Counted from the stretch's first letter, positions 17,710 to 26,799 are shown. The stretch: 40,609 nt of DNA from Candidatus Aenigmatarchaeota archaeon (GCA_039000165.1 JAWBTW010000007.1:1-40609), one strand, 5' to 3'. The notes: generated by a model from the sequence alone, not told the origin. Program-made: numbers and translations.

Positions 17710-18440
17710 GTTCCCACCTTTTTCAAAATTCCTGGTCTTGGCTCGAATAATTCACCAGAGTTTAACAGTTCTTCTATTTCCCTTTCTATTATGTTTTCAG
17801 GTAGGTTTGAAATTTCGAAGATCTTTCCTATTTCCACACCTTCCCCTTCATCAAGTTCCTCTATTATTTTCAAAATCTTAGGTTTATAATCTTCTTCTCT
17901 TTTGTACCCTTCTATTACAAATGCTAAGGCTTCCTCGTCAAGTCCGTATTTTTCTTTTGCATGTAATTTAAACTCCTCTTCTTCCATTTTTTCTTTCAAA
18001 CTTTTTAATTCATTAATAATTTTCTTCTGCTCTATAAGCTCTTTGAGTATTTCTAATTTTCTCAAAACTTCAAGGTTAGGTTGAGTAATTTTTCTTATTA
18101 TTTCTCCGTTCACGTAAGTTTCTCCGTTATACTCCTTTACTTTTCCTATTACTAGAACAAGGTCGCCAATATCCACATTTTGCAACAATTCTGTTTTTTC
18201 TCTGAAAGTTTTCACTCTTATAGCCTCGGTACCATCGTCTATTGTTATCGTTGAATAATTTCCATCTTCGCTCAAGAACTTATCTATGACACTAGCTATC
18301 ATATTTACTCTTGAAACTTTCTGCCCAAATGGTGTAATTAAATAGCTTTCTTTCATATTTTCCTTTTCTCCAGGAAAGTATTTCCCATAAACTAAATCTG
18401 AAATCCTTACTTTCTTTGCAGGTAATCTTTTTGTAGTCAT
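17706..18440 (-). CDS. RPA2/RPA32-like OB-fold ssDNA-binding protein with C-terminal winged helix
   Basis: VSRVNMIASV...IDDGTEAIRV...VLVIGKVKEY OB-fold, and C-terminal GELFEPRPG. Confidence 0.85.
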   Translation of the reverse strand: MTTKRLPAKKVRISDLVYGKYFPGEKENMKESYLITPFGQKVSRVNMIASVIDKFLSEDGNYSTITIDDGTEAIRVKTFREKTELLQNVDIGDLVLVIGKVKEYNGETYVNGEIIRKITQPNLEVLRKLEILKELIEQKKIINELKSLKEKMEEEEFKLHAKEKYGLDEEALAFVIEGYKREEDYKPKILKIIEELDEGEGVEIGKIFEISNLPENIIEREIEELLNSGELFEPRPGILKKVGT

Positions 18441-18444
18441 TCAA

Positions 18445-20454
18445 TCACATTTTCTGAAGTATTCCAGGTCTAGGTTCGAACAGCGTTCCATTACTTTTAA
18501 GCTCATTTAACATCTTTTCTATATCAAATTCTTTTAATCCTCTACTCTTTGCTAGCTTCACTATATCTTCTTTTGGAATGTTTTTACCTACAGTATTCGT
18601 CAATTCCTCTATAACTTCTAGCAATATTCTAATTTTACTTCTTTGCGTTGCGGTCAAATGGCCTTCTGCCCTATCTATATCTATTTTTCCAATTTCTGGA
18701 TCAAAACCAAACTGCCTTAAAGAAGCTTTCATAAGGTTTATTGCCCTTATCGCATCTTCTTTTGTAACCTCATTTCTGAGCTGAACTTTTGCTGATGCTT
18801 CAGCAAGTCTTATGAGAGCTTCATACTGTCTTAAAGTTATCGGTATAGGAGCTTCTTCCCCACTAGATTTTTCTCTCAACTTTACAAAAAACTCTTTTAT
18901 GGTTTCTCCAGCCTCTCTCGTGAGTTTTGGATGGCAGTTTTTTCTTGCGTAAGCTACATATTTTCTTATGAACTCAGGCTCAATTTCTGGTTTAATTTCT
19001 TCTTCTTCATAATGTCTTGCTTTTAGGATATGCTCGGCAATTTTTGCGTCTAGCTCAGGGTTTGGCACATCTCTTAGAGCAAACTTCAAGTCAAACCTTG
19101 CTAAAAGAGTTTCTGGAATGTCTATTTGCTCTTTTATCGGTAAGTAGGGATCAAACCTTCCAAGCTTGGGGTTTCCCCCTGCTAGTATGCTAGTTCTTGC
19201 AGGCAGAGTAGCTACTATGTTTGCTTTTGCTATACTAATCGTTTGTTGTTCCATCGCTTCGTGTAAAGCTATTTGATCACTCTTCTCAACCTTCTCAAAT
19301 TCGTCTATTGCGCAAAGGCTTCTGTTACACATTACCAAAGCTCCAGCTTCTAAAACCCATCCTCCCAAAAATTCTTCATCTCTTACAACTGTAGCAGTTA
19401 GTCCTGCAGCTGTTACACCTTTCCCAGAAACATACCTTCCACGAGGGATCAAGCTTGAAACAACTTTCATTAAAACACTTTTTGCCGTCGAAGGATCTCC
19501 AATTAAAAGTATGTGAATATCTCCCCTAACTCTTGACTTATCTTTTTGAACATGAGGCTCGCCGCCAAAAAGTTGCAAAACTATTGCTTCTTTTACTTCT
19601 TCTAATCCATACAAAGTTGGCCCTATGGATTTAACAAGCTTTTCGTAAATTTGAGGATCTTTTGCCAGTTCTAAGATTCTTTTCTCGTCTTCTGGAGTTA
19701 TTTCAAGCTCTTCCCACTCAACTTCTATGCTTTCGATAGAATTTGCTTCTATGTAAATTTCCACTTGTCTTGATCTTGTACCTTTCACCCTTTTTGGCAA
19801 TTCCTTTAGAATTCCTACGACTTTAATCCTGTTCCCAGGATCAGTTTTATTCTGCATTTTTGGGGAAGTTAAATCTTCCTTAAGAAAAACCATTATCTCT
19901 GAAGGCCTTTCTCCTGAAACTATCTCGAAAGGTTCTTCTATAACAATCCATCTAGCATCATAAAGTTTTTGTTTGACAAGCCTAAAGCCTTTTCTGTTTC
20001 CACATTCACACTCGATTGGAGCTTTAATCGTTCTTTCAGTCTGTAAAACTGTTATTTCTCTCCCACATTCCGGGCAGGAAAATATGGCTTCTGAAACTTC
20101 CGGTCTTATTTCGCTCGCTCTTTTTACTATCCCATCTACTGCAATCAACTTACCTATATGTTCCGAACGAATGTTTCTTATTCTTATTTCTCTACTCTCA
20201 GGTAAGTTTACTACTCTTACTCTCAGCTTTACTTCTCCAGGCAAGTCAATTTGTTTTATTGCTTCTTCAGCCAGCTCCAAAACTTCTTCAGGATTTTCAA
20301 GCAAATAATCTGCTAGTTCAGGGTCGAACTTATCAAGAAGAGAAAAATCTATCCATATTGATTTTTTTCCTTCGTTTACAGCGCTTACTAAATCGTTATA
20401 GTATTCTTCCCTTAAAAATTCGATGAACTTTTCTATTATATTTTCCTTTTCCAC
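18445..20454 (-). CDS. mcm: MCM replicative helicase (no intein)
   Basis: Zn finger CPECG...CECG, GDPSTAKS, AIDEFEK, HEAMEQQTISIAKA, LARFDL, ITLRQYEALIRL. Confidence 0.98.
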   Translation of the reverse strand: MEKENIIEKFIEFLREEYYNDLVSAVNEGKKSIWIDFSLLDKFDPELADYLLENPEEVLELAEEAIKQIDLPGEVKLRVRVVNLPESREIRIRNIRSEHIGKLIAVDGIVKRASEIRPEVSEAIFSCPECGREITVLQTERTIKAPIECECGNRKGFRLVKQKLYDARWIVIEEPFEIVSGERPSEIMVFLKEDLTSPKMQNKTDPGNRIKVVGILKELPKRVKGTRSRQVEIYIEANSIESIEVEWEELEITPEDEKRILELAKDPQIYEKLVKSIGPTLYGLEEVKEAIVLQLFGGEPHVQKDKSRVRGDIHILLIGDPSTAKSVLMKVVSSLIPRGRYVSGKGVTAAGLTATVVRDEEFLGGWVLEAGALVMCNRSLCAIDEFEKVEKSDQIALHEAMEQQTISIAKANIVATLPARTSILAGGNPKLGRFDPYLPIKEQIDIPETLLARFDLKFALRDVPNPELDAKIAEHILKARHYEEEEIKPEIEPEFIRKYVAYARKNCHPKLTREAGETIKEFFVKLREKSSGEEAPIPITLRQYEALIRLAEASAKVQLRNEVTKEDAIRAINLMKASLRQFGFDPEIGKIDIDRAEGHLTATQRSKIRILLEVIEELTNTVGKNIPKEDIVKLAKSRGLKEFDIEKMLNELKSNGTLFEPRPGILQKM

Positions 20455-20514
20455 GCTTTTTTATTGTATTCAAAGTTTATTAAATTTTTCTAATTTTTGA
20501 AATGTTTCAGAAAG

Positions 20515-21072
20515 TTACTTGCTCTTTACTAGCGCACCAATTTCCTTTAACTTCCTTGAAACTTTTTTTACAGCGCTTTTTACATCTTCCACACTTCTAG
20601 CTCCAGTGCAAACAATCTTCCCTGACCCAAAAAGAAGAAAAGCTACTTTTGGGTTGTCCATCCTGTACACTAAACCAGGAAACTGCTCAGGTTCATATTC
20701 AGAATTTTCAAGGTTAAAAGCTATTGTATCCAAGTTTAGGTTTGCGTCAAGCTTCGCTGAGGCAACTATATTTTCTATCTGGACTTTTACTCCTCTCGGA
20801 ACTTTTACTCCTGTGCTTTCAACAACTTTAATAACTTTTTTTATTACTGTATTTACATCTTCCACACTTCTAGCTCCAGTGCAAACAATCTTCCCTGACC
20901 CAAAAATCAGCGCAGCAGCCTTAGGGTTTTTAACCCTGTACACTAAACCAGGAAACTGCTCAGGTTCGTATTCCATTCCTTCTAACTTTGAAACTATCTT
21001 CTCCAAAGTTACATTCACTCCAAGTGAAGCAGAAGCAACAATGTTTTCTATCCTTATCTTAAAATCAGTCAT
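20515..21072 (-). CDS. tbp: TATA-box binding protein
   Basis: Two IENIVASA...EYEPEQFPGLVYR...FGSGKIVCTGA repeats. AGGTGA SD upstream. Confidence 0.98.
   Translation of the reverse strand: MTDFKIRIENIVASASLGVNVTLEKIVSKLEGMEYEPEQFPGLVYRVKNPKAAALIFGSGKIVCTGARSVEDVNTVIKKVIKVVESTGVKVPRGVKVQIENIVASAKLDANLNLDTIAFNLENSEYEPEQFPGLVYRMDNPKVAFLLFGSGKIVCTGARSVEDVKSAVKKVSRKLKEIGALVKSK
20579..20967. repeat. Intragenic direct repeat in tbp, identical at DNA level (55 bp and 33 bp blocks, 273-bp period)
   Basis: 20579-20633 = 20852-20906 and 20662-20694 = 20935-20967, read directly. Confidence 0.9.
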
Positions 21073-21180
21073 CACATCACCTATACTTTTAATTTAAAGA
21101 AGAAAGTATTTAAATAACTTTTTATGCTTTTCGAAAAATTTATTAATAGACAAGGAAAAAGTTTATAAATTAAAGTTTTC

Positions 21181-21648
21181 TCAAACCAAGATGTAACTTT
21201 CAACTTCATTCAGAAAAGAATTCAACTTCCATATAGGAACAACGAAAGTTCCACCCTCTTTCTCTTTTACCACTTCTTCCTCGAAAAGAGTTACCAGCAA
21301 AGGATAAAATCTCATACTTTTAACCTTTAAACTTTCTTTTGCTATTAAGTTTTTTCCCAAGAATTTCTTTAACTCTTCGGTTCTTTCTTCCTGCTTTATT
21401 GCAGCTTTTATTATTTCACTCTTTTTATACCTTCCCTTTCCTAAACGCTTGCAATCAACACAAAAATTAAACCATTCCTTAACAGCTATCAGATCAATTT
21501 CATACTTTCTTTTAGTTTTAAACCTAAAATTTCTTTTTACAATAAAACCATTGGCCTCGAAAATTTCCTGAACTATTTTTTCAAAATTTTTCCAGTCAAA
21601 ACTTTTAAGTTCTTCTTCCAAAATTCTTGTTTTTAAACTTTCAATCAT
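21181..21648 (-). CDS. PD-(D/E)XK restriction endonuclease-like (Mrr_cat) protein
   Basis: WKNFEKIVQEIF...EIDLIA...VDCKR. Confidence 0.8.
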   Translation of the reverse strand: MIESLKTRILEEELKSFDWKNFEKIVQEIFEANGFIVKRNFRFKTKRKYEIDLIAVKEWFNFCVDCKRLGKGRYKKSEIIKAAIKQEERTEELKKFLGKNLIAKESLKVKSMRFYPLLVTLFEEEVVKEKEGGTFVVPIWKLNSFLNEVESYILV

Positions 21649-21698
21649 ATTTAATTATTAGAAAGAATAAGATTTTTGCTCTTAAACAAACAAATTAA

Positions 21699-22175
21699 GT
21701 GGTGAAAATGGATATATTAGCCCATTTTGCGTTGGGTTTATACTTAAGCTTTAAATTTGAAAGTTATTGGCCACTATTTTTCAGTTGTATCTTTGATATA
21801 GACCATATTATTGGATACTTTTACGATAAGAGAAAAAAAACTCTTGTGGAAATTCCTTCATTTCTTCACATAGCCTACAGACCAAGAAGTTGGTTTCACA
21901 GTTTTTGGGGTTTTTTAATCGTTTTAGTTCCTTTCATTTTCTTTTTACCTTTAGAAATTGTTGCAGTTCCTCTAATTCTTCATCTTTTTCTCGACCTTTT
22001 GGATAAAAATGGAATTTTCACTTTTCCACCAATCGTTAGAAAAAAAATAAAAGGTCATTTACCAGTTGGTTATTTGGTCGAGGATCCTGCTTACTTAAAA
22101 ACTCATAAAAGGTCTCACATTCCAAGCCTTTTGGCTAGTGTTATCTTTTTCTTACTGATGATTTTAAGGGTTTGA
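21699..22175 (+). CDS. YdjM-like membrane metal-dependent hydrolase
   Basis: AHF, DIDH, RSWFHS and HLFLD motifs with TM segments. Alternative start ATG 21708. Confidence 0.75.
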   Translation: MVKMDILAHFALGLYLSFKFESYWPLFFSCIFDIDHIIGYFYDKRKKTLVEIPSFLHIAYRPRSWFHSFWGFLIVLVPFIFFLPLEIVAVPLILHLFLDLLDKNGIFTFPPIVRKKIKGHLPVGYLVEDPAYLKTHKRSHIPSLLASVIFFLLMILRV

Positions 22176-22176
22176 C

Positions 22177-22551
22177 ATGGGTTTAAAGTATGCAGCTTTT
22201 CATTGGTTTATTCACTTCTTTCTTGTTTTCCTTTTAGCAAATTTTCTTAATGCTGATTTTTATTCACTTCTTTTAATTTTCTTTTCAAGTGTTTTTATCG
22301 ATTTGGATCATTTACCAATCCTTTTGAAAAAAGGAATAAGAGGGATAATTACTTTCGAAAAACCTAGAAAGTACCTCTTCCACAACTTTTTCTTCTTAGT
22401 TTTTTTCGCCTCTCTTTCAATTTTACCAATCTATTTTCTCCTTAGGCTAGTCTTTTTTTCTTTATTCTTACATTTGATTTGGGACTTGGTTGAGGATGTT
22501 TTAATTTTTAGGTTAGGGACAAAACATTGGTTTTTTAAAAAGAATAAATAA
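22177..22551 (+). CDS. YdjM-like membrane metal-dependent hydrolase, short paralog
   Basis: HWFIH, IDLDH, LFHN, HLIWD. Confidence 0.7.
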   Translation: MGLKYAAFHWFIHFFLVFLLANFLNADFYSLLLIFFSSVFIDLDHLPILLKKGIRGIITFEKPRKYLFHNFFFLVFFASLSILPIYFLLRLVFFSLFLHLIWDLVEDVLIFRLGTKHWFFKKNK

Positions 22552-22567
22552 ATTTATTCAAAGGGAG

Positions 22568-23373
22568 GTGAAAGAAATCCTTATCTGCGGCATGGACGAA
22601 GTTGCTTCTTGCAACGTCAAGCAGGCCGCGGAGCTCTTATTGGACCAATGGTAATTTGTGGTTTGGTAATAGAGAAAAAAGATGAAAAAAAATTGAAGAA
22701 CTTAGGGGTTAAAGATTCAAAAGAGCTTTCGCCAAAGAGGAGGGAAGAATTAGCTAAAATTATAGAGGAAATAGCAAAAAATTTAGTTGTTTTAAGAATT
22801 CCTGCCTGTAGAATTAATAGCTATATGGACAAGAAAATAAACCTAGATAAAATAGAAGCTATGAAGATGGCTGAGATAATTAATATGGTAGACGCAAAAG
22901 TAGTTTATATAGATTCTCTTGGAAACACAAACGGTTCCAAAAATAAGAGGTTCGAGAAACTAATCTTAGAGCATTTAACAAGAAAAAATGTGAAATTGAT
23001 AGTTGAAAATTATGCGGACGAAACTTATCCTGTAGTTTCTGCTGCTTCGATAATAGCTAAGGTAGAAAGGGACAAAGCGATAGAAGAGTTAAAATCAAAA
23101 GTTAATTTTGATTTCGGTGTGGGTTATAGTCATGATCACAGAACAATAGAATTTCTAAAGAAAGTTTTAACAGAATACAAAGAAAGGCCAAATTTCATAA
23201 GGTGGCATTGGGATACCGTTGAAAGTGTTGCGACAAAATTATTAGAAGAGGGCAAAAACTTGCAACCATGGGTAAAAAAAGAAATCCTGGGAGAAAAGTC
23301 TTGGCAGAAAAAAGTAAAAGATTTCTTTTTTAAAAAAGTAAACTGTAAAGAGGGAGAAGATGAAAGTAATTAA
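22568..23373 (+). CDS. rnhB: Ribonuclease HII, split gene: join(22568..22600,22621..23373)
   Basis: Exon 1 gives (V/M)KEILICGMDE and exon 2 gives AGRGALIGPMV...GVKDSKEL...YIDS...ADETYPVVSAASIIAKVERD...GVGY. The joined product restores the invariant DEAGRG motif that the ORF-track call (22609) lacks. Confidence 0.93.
22601..22620 (+). other. Putative 20-nt bulge-helix-bulge (BHB) intron in rnhB mRNA
   Basis: CTGCGGCATG-GACG-AA|G-TTGC-TTCTT-GCAA-CGTC-AA|G-CAGGCCGCGG: a 4-bp central helix GACG/CGTC, two 3-nt AAG bulges, and inner and outer helices. Cutting after bulge nt 2 removes exactly 20 nt. Confidence 0.88.
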
Positions 23374-23605
23374 AAAAATTACGATAGTGTTTTTGATAGC
23401 CGGAATTGCTTGCGGAATAATTTCGTACTACTTTTCAAAATTTTTAGAAAACTTAACTTTTTCTTTAACATTCCCATTTATAGTTTATTTTGTTCTTCTT
23501 CCCGCCTTCAAAAAACAAACAAAAATAAAAGTTTTAGTTTATAACAGTTTTATTACTTTTGTTTTGTTTTGGCTTTTAAGCTGGTTTACTCTATACGCTT
23601 TGTGA
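23360..23605 (+). CDS. Small three-TM membrane protein (possibly archaeal EMC6-like)
   Basis: Three hydrophobic helices with C-terminal FITFVLFWLLSWFTLY. GGAG SD upstream. Confidence 0.6.
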   Translation: MKVIKKITIVFLIAGIACGIISYYFSKFLENLTFSLTFPFIVYFVLLPAFKKQTKIKVLVYNSFITFVLFWLLSWFTLYAL

Positions 23606-23609
23606 GATT

Positions 23610-24926
23610 ATGCTTAAAAGAACTCATTACACAAGCGAGTTGAAAAAAAATATAGGGAAGGAAGTAATCATTTCTGGCTGGTGTCATGATATCAGGTTAA
23701 TAGGAGGAGTAAACTTCCTTTTGTTAAGGGATAAAGATGGAATAATCCAAGTAACTGCTAAGAAAGGTGAAGTTCCTGAGAAAATTCTTGAAATTTACAA
23801 AAGTTTACATCAAGAAGATGTTTTAAGTATCAAGGGTAAGGTTGTTAGGAGTAAAATAGCAAAAGGAGGAATTGAAGTAATTCCTTCTGAGATTGAAATT
23901 ATAAGCAAGGCTCAAACTCCTTTGCCGTTAGACCCTAGAAATGTTACTCCTGCAACTCTAGAAACAAGACTTGAATGGCGTCCTCTTGATTTGAGAAGAA
24001 GAGAAAATCAAGCTATTTTTATAATTCAAGCAAAGTTGCAAGAAGGGATGGAAGAATTTCTTAAGAAAGAAGGTTTTTTAAGAGTTTGGACACCAAGCAT
24101 AATAGGCGGGGTTTCAGAAGGTGGGGCAGAAGTTTTCAAGATAGATTTTTTTGGGAAAGAGGCTTTCTTAAGACAAGATCCTCAACTACATAGGCAGTTG
24201 CTAATAGCAGCTGGTTTCGAGAAGATTTACGATTTAGGGCCGAGCTGGAGAGCAGAACCTTCAGACCAACCAACTCATTTAGCTGAGCATAGAACTATTG
24301 CTCCTGAGTTTGCTTTTATGAGTGATGAAAGTGATATGATGAGGTTAGAAGAGAGGCTCTGTGTAGCTGGGATAAAAAAAGTTGTAAAAGAATGTAAAGA
24401 AGAACTAGAACTTCTTGGAAAAGAGATTAAGGTTCCAAAAATTCCTTTTCCTGAAGTCAGGTTTCCAAAAATTTACGAAATTTTGGAAGAATATGGAAAA
24501 AAGTTACCAAGAAATCAGGACTTGGATAAAGAATCAACAAAAATTTTAACAGAATACGTAAAAGAAAAGTATAAGTCTGATTTTTTCTTTGTAAACAGGT
24601 TTCCTTTTGCTATCAAACCCTTTTATGTTATGCGTGTTGATGAAGAGCCTGAATGGGCAAGAAGTGTTGATTTGATTTTCAAAGGTTTAGAACTTTCTTC
24701 AGGAGGACAAAGAGAGCATAGATATGAAAAAATTATCGCACAAATAAAGGAAAAAGGTCTGAACTTAGAGAATTTGAAGTGGTTCACAGAAGTTTTTAAG
24801 TATGGCGTGCCTCCTCACGGAGGCTTTAGCATAGGAATAGAAAGATTTACCATGAGGTTGCTCGACATAACAAACATAAAAGAGGCAGTTCTTTTCCCAA
24901 GGTATTTAACAAGAATGTTACCTTAA
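23610..24926 (+). CDS. aspS: Archaeal-type aspartyl-tRNA synthetase
   Basis: RTHY...GW..IR..GG..FLLLRD OB domain; motif 2 WRAE; ELSSGGQREH; YGVPPHGGFSIGIERF; LFPR. Confidence 0.93.
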   Translation: MLKRTHYTSELKKNIGKEVIISGWCHDIRLIGGVNFLLLRDKDGIIQVTAKKGEVPEKILEIYKSLHQEDVLSIKGKVVRSKIAKGGIEVIPSEIEIISKAQTPLPLDPRNVTPATLETRLEWRPLDLRRRENQAIFIIQAKLQEGMEEFLKKEGFLRVWTPSIIGGVSEGGAEVFKIDFFGKEAFLRQDPQLHRQLLIAAGFEKIYDLGPSWRAEPSDQPTHLAEHRTIAPEFAFMSDESDMMRLEERLCVAGIKKVVKECKEELELLGKEIKVPKIPFPEVRFPKIYEILEEYGKKLPRNQDLDKESTKILTEYVKEKYKSDFFFVNRFPFAIKPFYVMRVDEEPEWARSVDLIFKGLELSSGGQREHRYEKIIAQIKEKGLNLENLKWFTEVFKYGVPPHGGFSIGIERFTMRLLDITNIKEAVLFPRYLTRMLP

Positions 24927-25165
24927 ACTCCTTCTAAAAAAAGTTCGCAAGCAACTATATGCGAGCATTTTTTTTGGTGAAGTGTGAAATAGGAACAATC
25001 GCAAAAAAACTTTTTCTTTAGCTTGTCAAAAATTACAGAATAAGTTTCTGTTTCACCTTCAACTTTAAAATGAATTCTTTTCTCTGTTTCTAACTCTTTT
25101 TTTACCTTGTTTTTTCTAAAAAGCAAATAACCTTTTTTTCTAACTTTTCTCGAGACTTTTTCCAT
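24923..25165 (-). CDS. SWIM zinc-finger protein
   Basis: CDC...KCSHIVA (CxCx9CxH). Confidence 0.85.
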   Translation of the reverse strand: MEKVSRKVRKKGYLLFRKNKVKKELETEKRIHFKVEGETETYSVIFDKLKKKFFCDCSYFTLHQKKCSHIVACELFLEGV

Positions 25166-25207
25166 AATTATATTTAAAACAAAAGTTGAAAATAAGTTTG
25201 TGAGAAG

Positions 25208-26116
25208 ATGGAGGAAGTGATTCAGAAGCTAAAAAGAATTAAAGCAAAAAGAGTTTTCGTTCAGTTTCCAGAAGGGTTAAAGCTCAAAATTCAAGAAATT
25301 TCTAAAAAGCTGAAAGAATATTTTGAAGTTGTTTTATGTCTTGAACCTTGCTTCGGTGCTTGTGATATAAGAGACGAAGAGGCCAAAAGATTAGGTTGCG
25401 ATGCAATCCTTCATATTGGCCATGAAAAAATTTTAAAAAGAGCTTCTTTACCGGTAGTCTATTGGGAATATTTTATAGATGCTAATCCTCTTCCAACCTT
25501 GGAAAAAAATTTTGAAAAAATCCAGCATTTTGAAAAAATAGGAATAGTTACCAGCATACAATTTGTTAAAACTGTTAAAAAAGTAAAAGAATTCTTGGAA
25601 AAAAAAGGAAAAAAGGTTTTTACTCACAAAGCTTTACAACATCCTTCCCAGATTTTAGGTTGTAATCTAGAGGCTGCAAAAGCTATAGAGAAGAAAGTAG
25701 ATTGTTTCTTGTGTATTTCGGCAGGGAAATTTTACGGCTTAGGTTTGGTTTTAAAGACAAATAAGCCAGTTTTTTGTCTTGATTTAGAAAGAGGAGAAAT
25801 TTACAGTTTGGAAGATTTCAAGAGGAAGATAGAAAAAATAATCGCTTGGAATAAAGTTCAGTTTAAAGAAGCAAGAAAAATAGGAATTCTTGTGAGTTGG
25901 AAAAGAGGCCAACTAAATAAAAATTTTTTCAAAATCAAAGATAGGCTTGAAAAAGAAGGAAAAGAAGTTTATATTCTAGCTATGGATGAAATAACTCCGG
26001 AAAAAATCGAAGGTTTAAGCTTAGACTTTTTAATCAATTTAGCTTGCCCAAGAATAGGAATCGATGATTTGGAAAAGTACAAAATTCCTATTTTGAATTT
26101 AGTTGAAACTCTCTAA
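25208..26116 (+). CDS. dph2: Diphthamide biosynthesis radical-SAM-like enzyme Dph2
   Basis: QFPEGLK, CFGACD, HIGH, QILGC, LACPRI. Confidence 0.95.
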   Translation: MEEVIQKLKRIKAKRVFVQFPEGLKLKIQEISKKLKEYFEVVLCLEPCFGACDIRDEEAKRLGCDAILHIGHEKILKRASLPVVYWEYFIDANPLPTLEKNFEKIQHFEKIGIVTSIQFVKTVKKVKEFLEKKGKKVFTHKALQHPSQILGCNLEAAKAIEKKVDCFLCISAGKFYGLGLVLKTNKPVFCLDLERGEIYSLEDFKRKIEKIIAWNKVQFKEARKIGILVSWKRGQLNKNFFKIKDRLEKEGKEVYILAMDEITPEKIEGLSLDFLINLACPRIGIDDLEKYKIPILNLVETL

Positions 26117-26738
26117 CTTCTCTTACATATCTTCTCATAACTTTTAAAGCTGAAACTAAGGTAGCAAGAGGGTTAAAAGCAAAAGAGCTTAAGGTTCTGG
26201 TGGAGAGGTAAAAAATATTGTCAATCTTTCTCCAACTTCTGTACTCTAAATTGAATGAACTTTTTCCTATGATTTCGTCGTAGATTTTAGCAACTTCTTC
26301 AACTTTGTTTGAATTTAAGAATTTAAGGTAAGAGGGTTTGAAGACAGGATTGAAAAAAGCATTTTCCTTAAGATAGTTCAGTAGAACTTCCATTCCGGTC
26401 AATTTTCCGTATTTTTGAAAACAATAACTAATTATGTGATATTTTGCTTTAATTTCTGCTTCTTTTACTACTTTTTCGTTCATTAAGGGTTCAACTTTTT
26501 TGGAAAGAATAGAAATCTTAATATGATGAATATTTCTAGGTGCTATCTTCTCGATTTCTTCTAGAGTTAGAGGAAAAAAGCTTAAGTTACCAAGGATAAT
26601 TTTTCTTCCTTTTCCTATAATTCCTATGTCCCAATCACTGTTGCTATCCCAGTAACCCTCAATCCTTGAACCGTAAAGAAAGGCTCCTTCGCATGTTGGA
26701 TAAAGTTCTTTTATCTTTTGAATTATTTTATCTCGCAT
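26088..26738 (-). CDS. Nucleotidyltransferase-domain protein
   Basis: LYGSRIEGYWDSNSDWDIGII. Confidence 0.75.
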   Translation of the reverse strand: MRDKIIQKIKELYPTCEGAFLYGSRIEGYWDSNSDWDIGIIGKGRKIILGNLSFFPLTLEEIEKIAPRNIHHIKISILSKKVEPLMNEKVVKEAEIKAKYHIISYCFQKYGKLTGMEVLLNYLKENAFFNPVFKPSYLKFLNSNKVEEVAKIYDEIIGKSSFNLEYRSWRKIDNIFYLSTRTLSSFAFNPLATLVSALKVMRRYVREVREFQLNSK

Positions 26739-26799
26739 AATTTACTTAAAGTTGGAAAAATTTTTAACCTTAATTTTTTTCTGTATCAAAATAATTATA

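Noticed and set aside
20519..21097. 192-aa plus-strand ORF
   Set aside because: Antisense shadow of tbp. Its repetitiveness comes from the TBP repeat.
22609..23373. ORF-track start of RNase HII at TTG 22609 (MQRQAGRG)
   Set aside because: Starts inside the intron hairpin and lacks the catalytic Asp-Glu encoded upstream in another frame.
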